Shown here: positions 60,620-64,000 of the stretch, piece by piece
How the letters are laid out: every line of letters begins with the position of its first letter
Numbering within the stretch: position 1 is the first letter of the stretch
Source: the human T2T-CHM13v2.0 reference genome, Homo sapiens
Length of the DNA: 64,000 nucleotides
Assembly: GCF_009914755.1 (NCBI RefSeq)
Contig: NC_060934.1
Strand: one strand, 5' to 3'
Notes under the pieces: generated by a model
Told to the model about the DNA's origin: nothing
The model's database searches: none
What the model saw: the letters and a program-made list of their open reading frames with translations, nothing else
Program-made: the position numbers and the translations under genes

Positions 60620-62585
60620 TTAGCCTCAACTTCACTTAGAAGGGAGACTTTAGAGCTTTATAAAAATCCCACCCATGTCCAGAGGGACTTAGAAGGAGTC
60701 CCTGAAGGCGGAAAGCAGGAACGCTCTGCTGAGATCACATTTTACTTGCTTTATACCTAGAGAGTTTGGATTTGAAGGTATTTGTGTATCTCAGGATGGC
60801 TGGCTGAGATGCAAACTCATGTACTTACACTCCCTGTAGATCCCTTCACCCCATGACAGCAGATTTCTGCCTTCAGTTGCCCTTAATGCAGAATGGAGGC
60901 TCTCACTGGTGTCGGGATGCAGCAATAATAGGAAAGTGGAGCGACAGCTCCTGGGCCGGTGACACTCGGGGGAAGGACGGTGAAGGTGGAGGGTGGTGAG
61001 CATGAGCACTGAGCCACAGGGGCTCCTGGAGCACCGGAGGGACCCCAAGCAGTGAGGGCAACAAGGGTGAGGCCTGGCCCAAGCCTCAGATTATGCAGAG
61101 CGCTGGGTGAGCCCGAGTTCTTAGCCCAGACAGGCGCACAGTTGCGAGGTCAGGGGAAACAAGAGGACCCCCAGCTACGGCATGGGGACAACTTTTGAAT
61201 CCTCTGATTCTCTGTCCCCACCCTCCATTTAAAGCTAGCACTCCCCTTGCTTGAAAACCACACGTGGACGCGCAGCCTGCAGGGCAGCGCAGCCTCCCTC
61301 AGAGTTTGGCCTCCCCTCCCCTCCTGAGCCCCCAGGGGCCCGGTACCCTGTGGGCACTGCAGGACCAGCCAGCTTGTGCTGCCAGGAGCTGGGAGAGGCC
61401 ACATGGGACTGGAACTTGGGGGTGGCATATAGGAAGGTGGGAGAGGAGAATCTGTTGCCATGGGAGCTTCGGGGTATGAGGTTCATGCCCTGGCAGGCCC
61501 CAGTGCTCGGAAGGCTCCTGCAGGCTCAGGGGCGATGGCCTGGCTGAGGGAAGAAGCGCCAGAGGGTCCAGAGAAGAGGGGGCCAGAGGCTCAGAGACAT
61601 GGATGTCCACAGGAGGTCACGTGTATGCTCTGCGGGGAGCCTGCTGGTGAGGGCTCCAGCGCCCCTGGGGAGCCCAGCGCTGGCCTCTTCTGCAGGCCAA
61701 AGCAGTGCCATCATAGAGCAGGGCTCACCATTTGGGGTGGGCGGGGCAGGATGTCACTGTGATAGGTACACAGAGAAAGGACACGGTTTTGCAATGGGTG
61801 GCAGCGAGGCCCTGACCCAGGGGGCACTGTGGGGAGATTTGAAAGGGGGACATGTGGCCGCAGGAGACAGCGGGCCGCCCGCTGGGCATTGCTCAGTCTC
61901 TATGGCCACGAGAAATGAGGAGGCTGGGGGTCACCAGCAGGACACGGTCACAGTCGTGGGCCACGTTTCTGGGCCTGAGCCAGTTTTCCAGCTGGAACCC
62001 ACTGTCTGAGGAGGCCTGTTCTGCAGGAGGGGAGAGGTCCCGCTTGGCTTACACCCCTAGCCTGGGCTTAGAGAACAGGGGGGCCTGGCCCAGGACAGAA
62101 CCTTGGGGAGCCCCTGGGCTGAGCTGGGAGTTTGCATAGCAGCCCCATGGATGTCCGCGGAGGCCTCAAGGTCCTTCATGAGATGGCTCTGGTCAGTGGA
62201 CGGGGCACATGGTGAGTACCCGGAGGGAAGGAGGCAGGGCCTCCATGGCTGGGGAGACTCAGGTTGTCTTTTCTTATCTGGGAACACCAATACCAGGGGG
62301 AGAGGAGGGCAGAGCCTCCAGAGGGAGGCCGAATGTGAGCCAAGGGCAGTGGCTGTGATACGGACTGCAGCGGGTTGCTGCCTCAGGCCTGGGGGACACA
62401 TGGAGAGGAGTCCATGGGGTGATGACCAGTTCTGAGGAAAAAGACCCAGTGAATAGAGGGACCCACTGTCCCAGTGTGCCGAGACCGAGGAAGTGCCTGA
62501 GACATGGGAATGTTCGTCCTCAAGCCAGGAAAGTCCTGGGTAAGACAGGCCCAGTGGGTCACCTAGTTGGGGAAGAGGGGGACAT

Positions 62586-63195
62586 GGAGGTGAGGAGGGA
62601 CCTGAGGAGGTGAGGAGGGATCTGAGGAAGTGAGGGGAGATCTGGGGAGCTGAGGGGGGATGTGGGGAGGTGAGGAGAGATCTGAGGAGGTCAGGAAAGA
62701 TCTGAGGAGGTTAGGAGGGATCTTAGGACGTGAGGAGAGATCAGGGGAGCTGAGGGGGGATCTGAGGAGGTGAGGAGAAATCTTAGGAGGTGAGGGGGAA
62801 TCTGAGGAGGTGAGGGGGATCTGAGGAGGTGAGGGGGGATCTTAGGAGGTTTGGGAAGATCTGGGGAGGTGAGGGTGAATTTGAGGAGGAGAGGGTGGAT
62901 CTGAGGAGATGGGGGGGATCTGAGGAGGTGAGGGGGGATCTGGGGAGGTGAGGGTGAATTTGAGGAGGAGAGGGTGGATCTGAGGGGGTGAGGGGGTATC
63001 TGAGGAGGTGAGGGGGGATCTGAGGAGGTGAGGGGGGATCTGGGGAGGTGAGGGTGAATTTGAGGAGGAGAGGGTGGATCTGAGGAGGTGAGGAGGGATC
63101 TGAGGAGGTGAGGGGGGATCTTAGGAGGTTTGGGAAGATCTGGGGAGGTGAGGGTGATTTTGAGGAGATGACAGGGGAACTGGCGAGGTGAAGGG
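62586..63195. repeat. purine-rich minisatellite, ~20-bp unit GAGGAGGTGAGGGGGGATCT
   Basis: roughly 30 variant units. Confidence 0.95.
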
Positions 63196-63242
63196 AGATA
63201 GTGAGGCTCAGCTTGACTGTGGCTGCTTCCAGATCTTTTTAA

Positions 63243-63884
<642 letters not shown>

Positions 63885-63934
63885 TAAAATACACTTAACA
63901 TGAAATTGCCCTCATCCTTTACCCTCACAGCCTG

Positions 63935-64000
63935 CACAGCACACACGGTGCCCGCACAGCCCACACAGCACACACGGTGCCCGCACAGCTCACACGGTGC
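63935..64000. repeat. start of minisatellite, 20-bp unit CACAGCACACACGGTGCCCG
   Basis: about three copies before window end. Confidence 0.8.

Overview
Primate (very likely human) genomic DNA. Positions 1-~41.4 kb hold most of GLRX3 (glutaredoxin-3/PICOT/TXNL2) on the + strand: coding exons 2-11 were reconstructed by hand with GT-AG boundaries and consistent phases; exon 1 and the promoter lie upstream of the window. The introns are AT-rich and dense in Alu, L1, L2, MIR, LTR and hAT elements. Beyond ~47 kb the DNA becomes GC-rich and contains an orphan CpG island, several simple repeats and three minisatellites, with no credible protein-coding gene. Nearly all other ORFs in the track come from repeats or high GC. 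Most interesting: (i) an antisense L1PA in intron 2 keeps both ends and its TSD but has lost most of ORF2 through an in-frame microhomology junction; it also carries an open 110-codon ORF0-like frame pointing into GLRX3, with a duplicated start context; (ii) a probable Alu-derived 3'-UTR terminal exon; (iii) inverted and nested ERV1 LTRs; (iv) minisatellites carrying E-box arrays or PRDM9-type motifs. No clearly new biological system is demonstrable from sequence alone. Repeat subfamily names and repeat boundaries were assigned by eye and are approximate.
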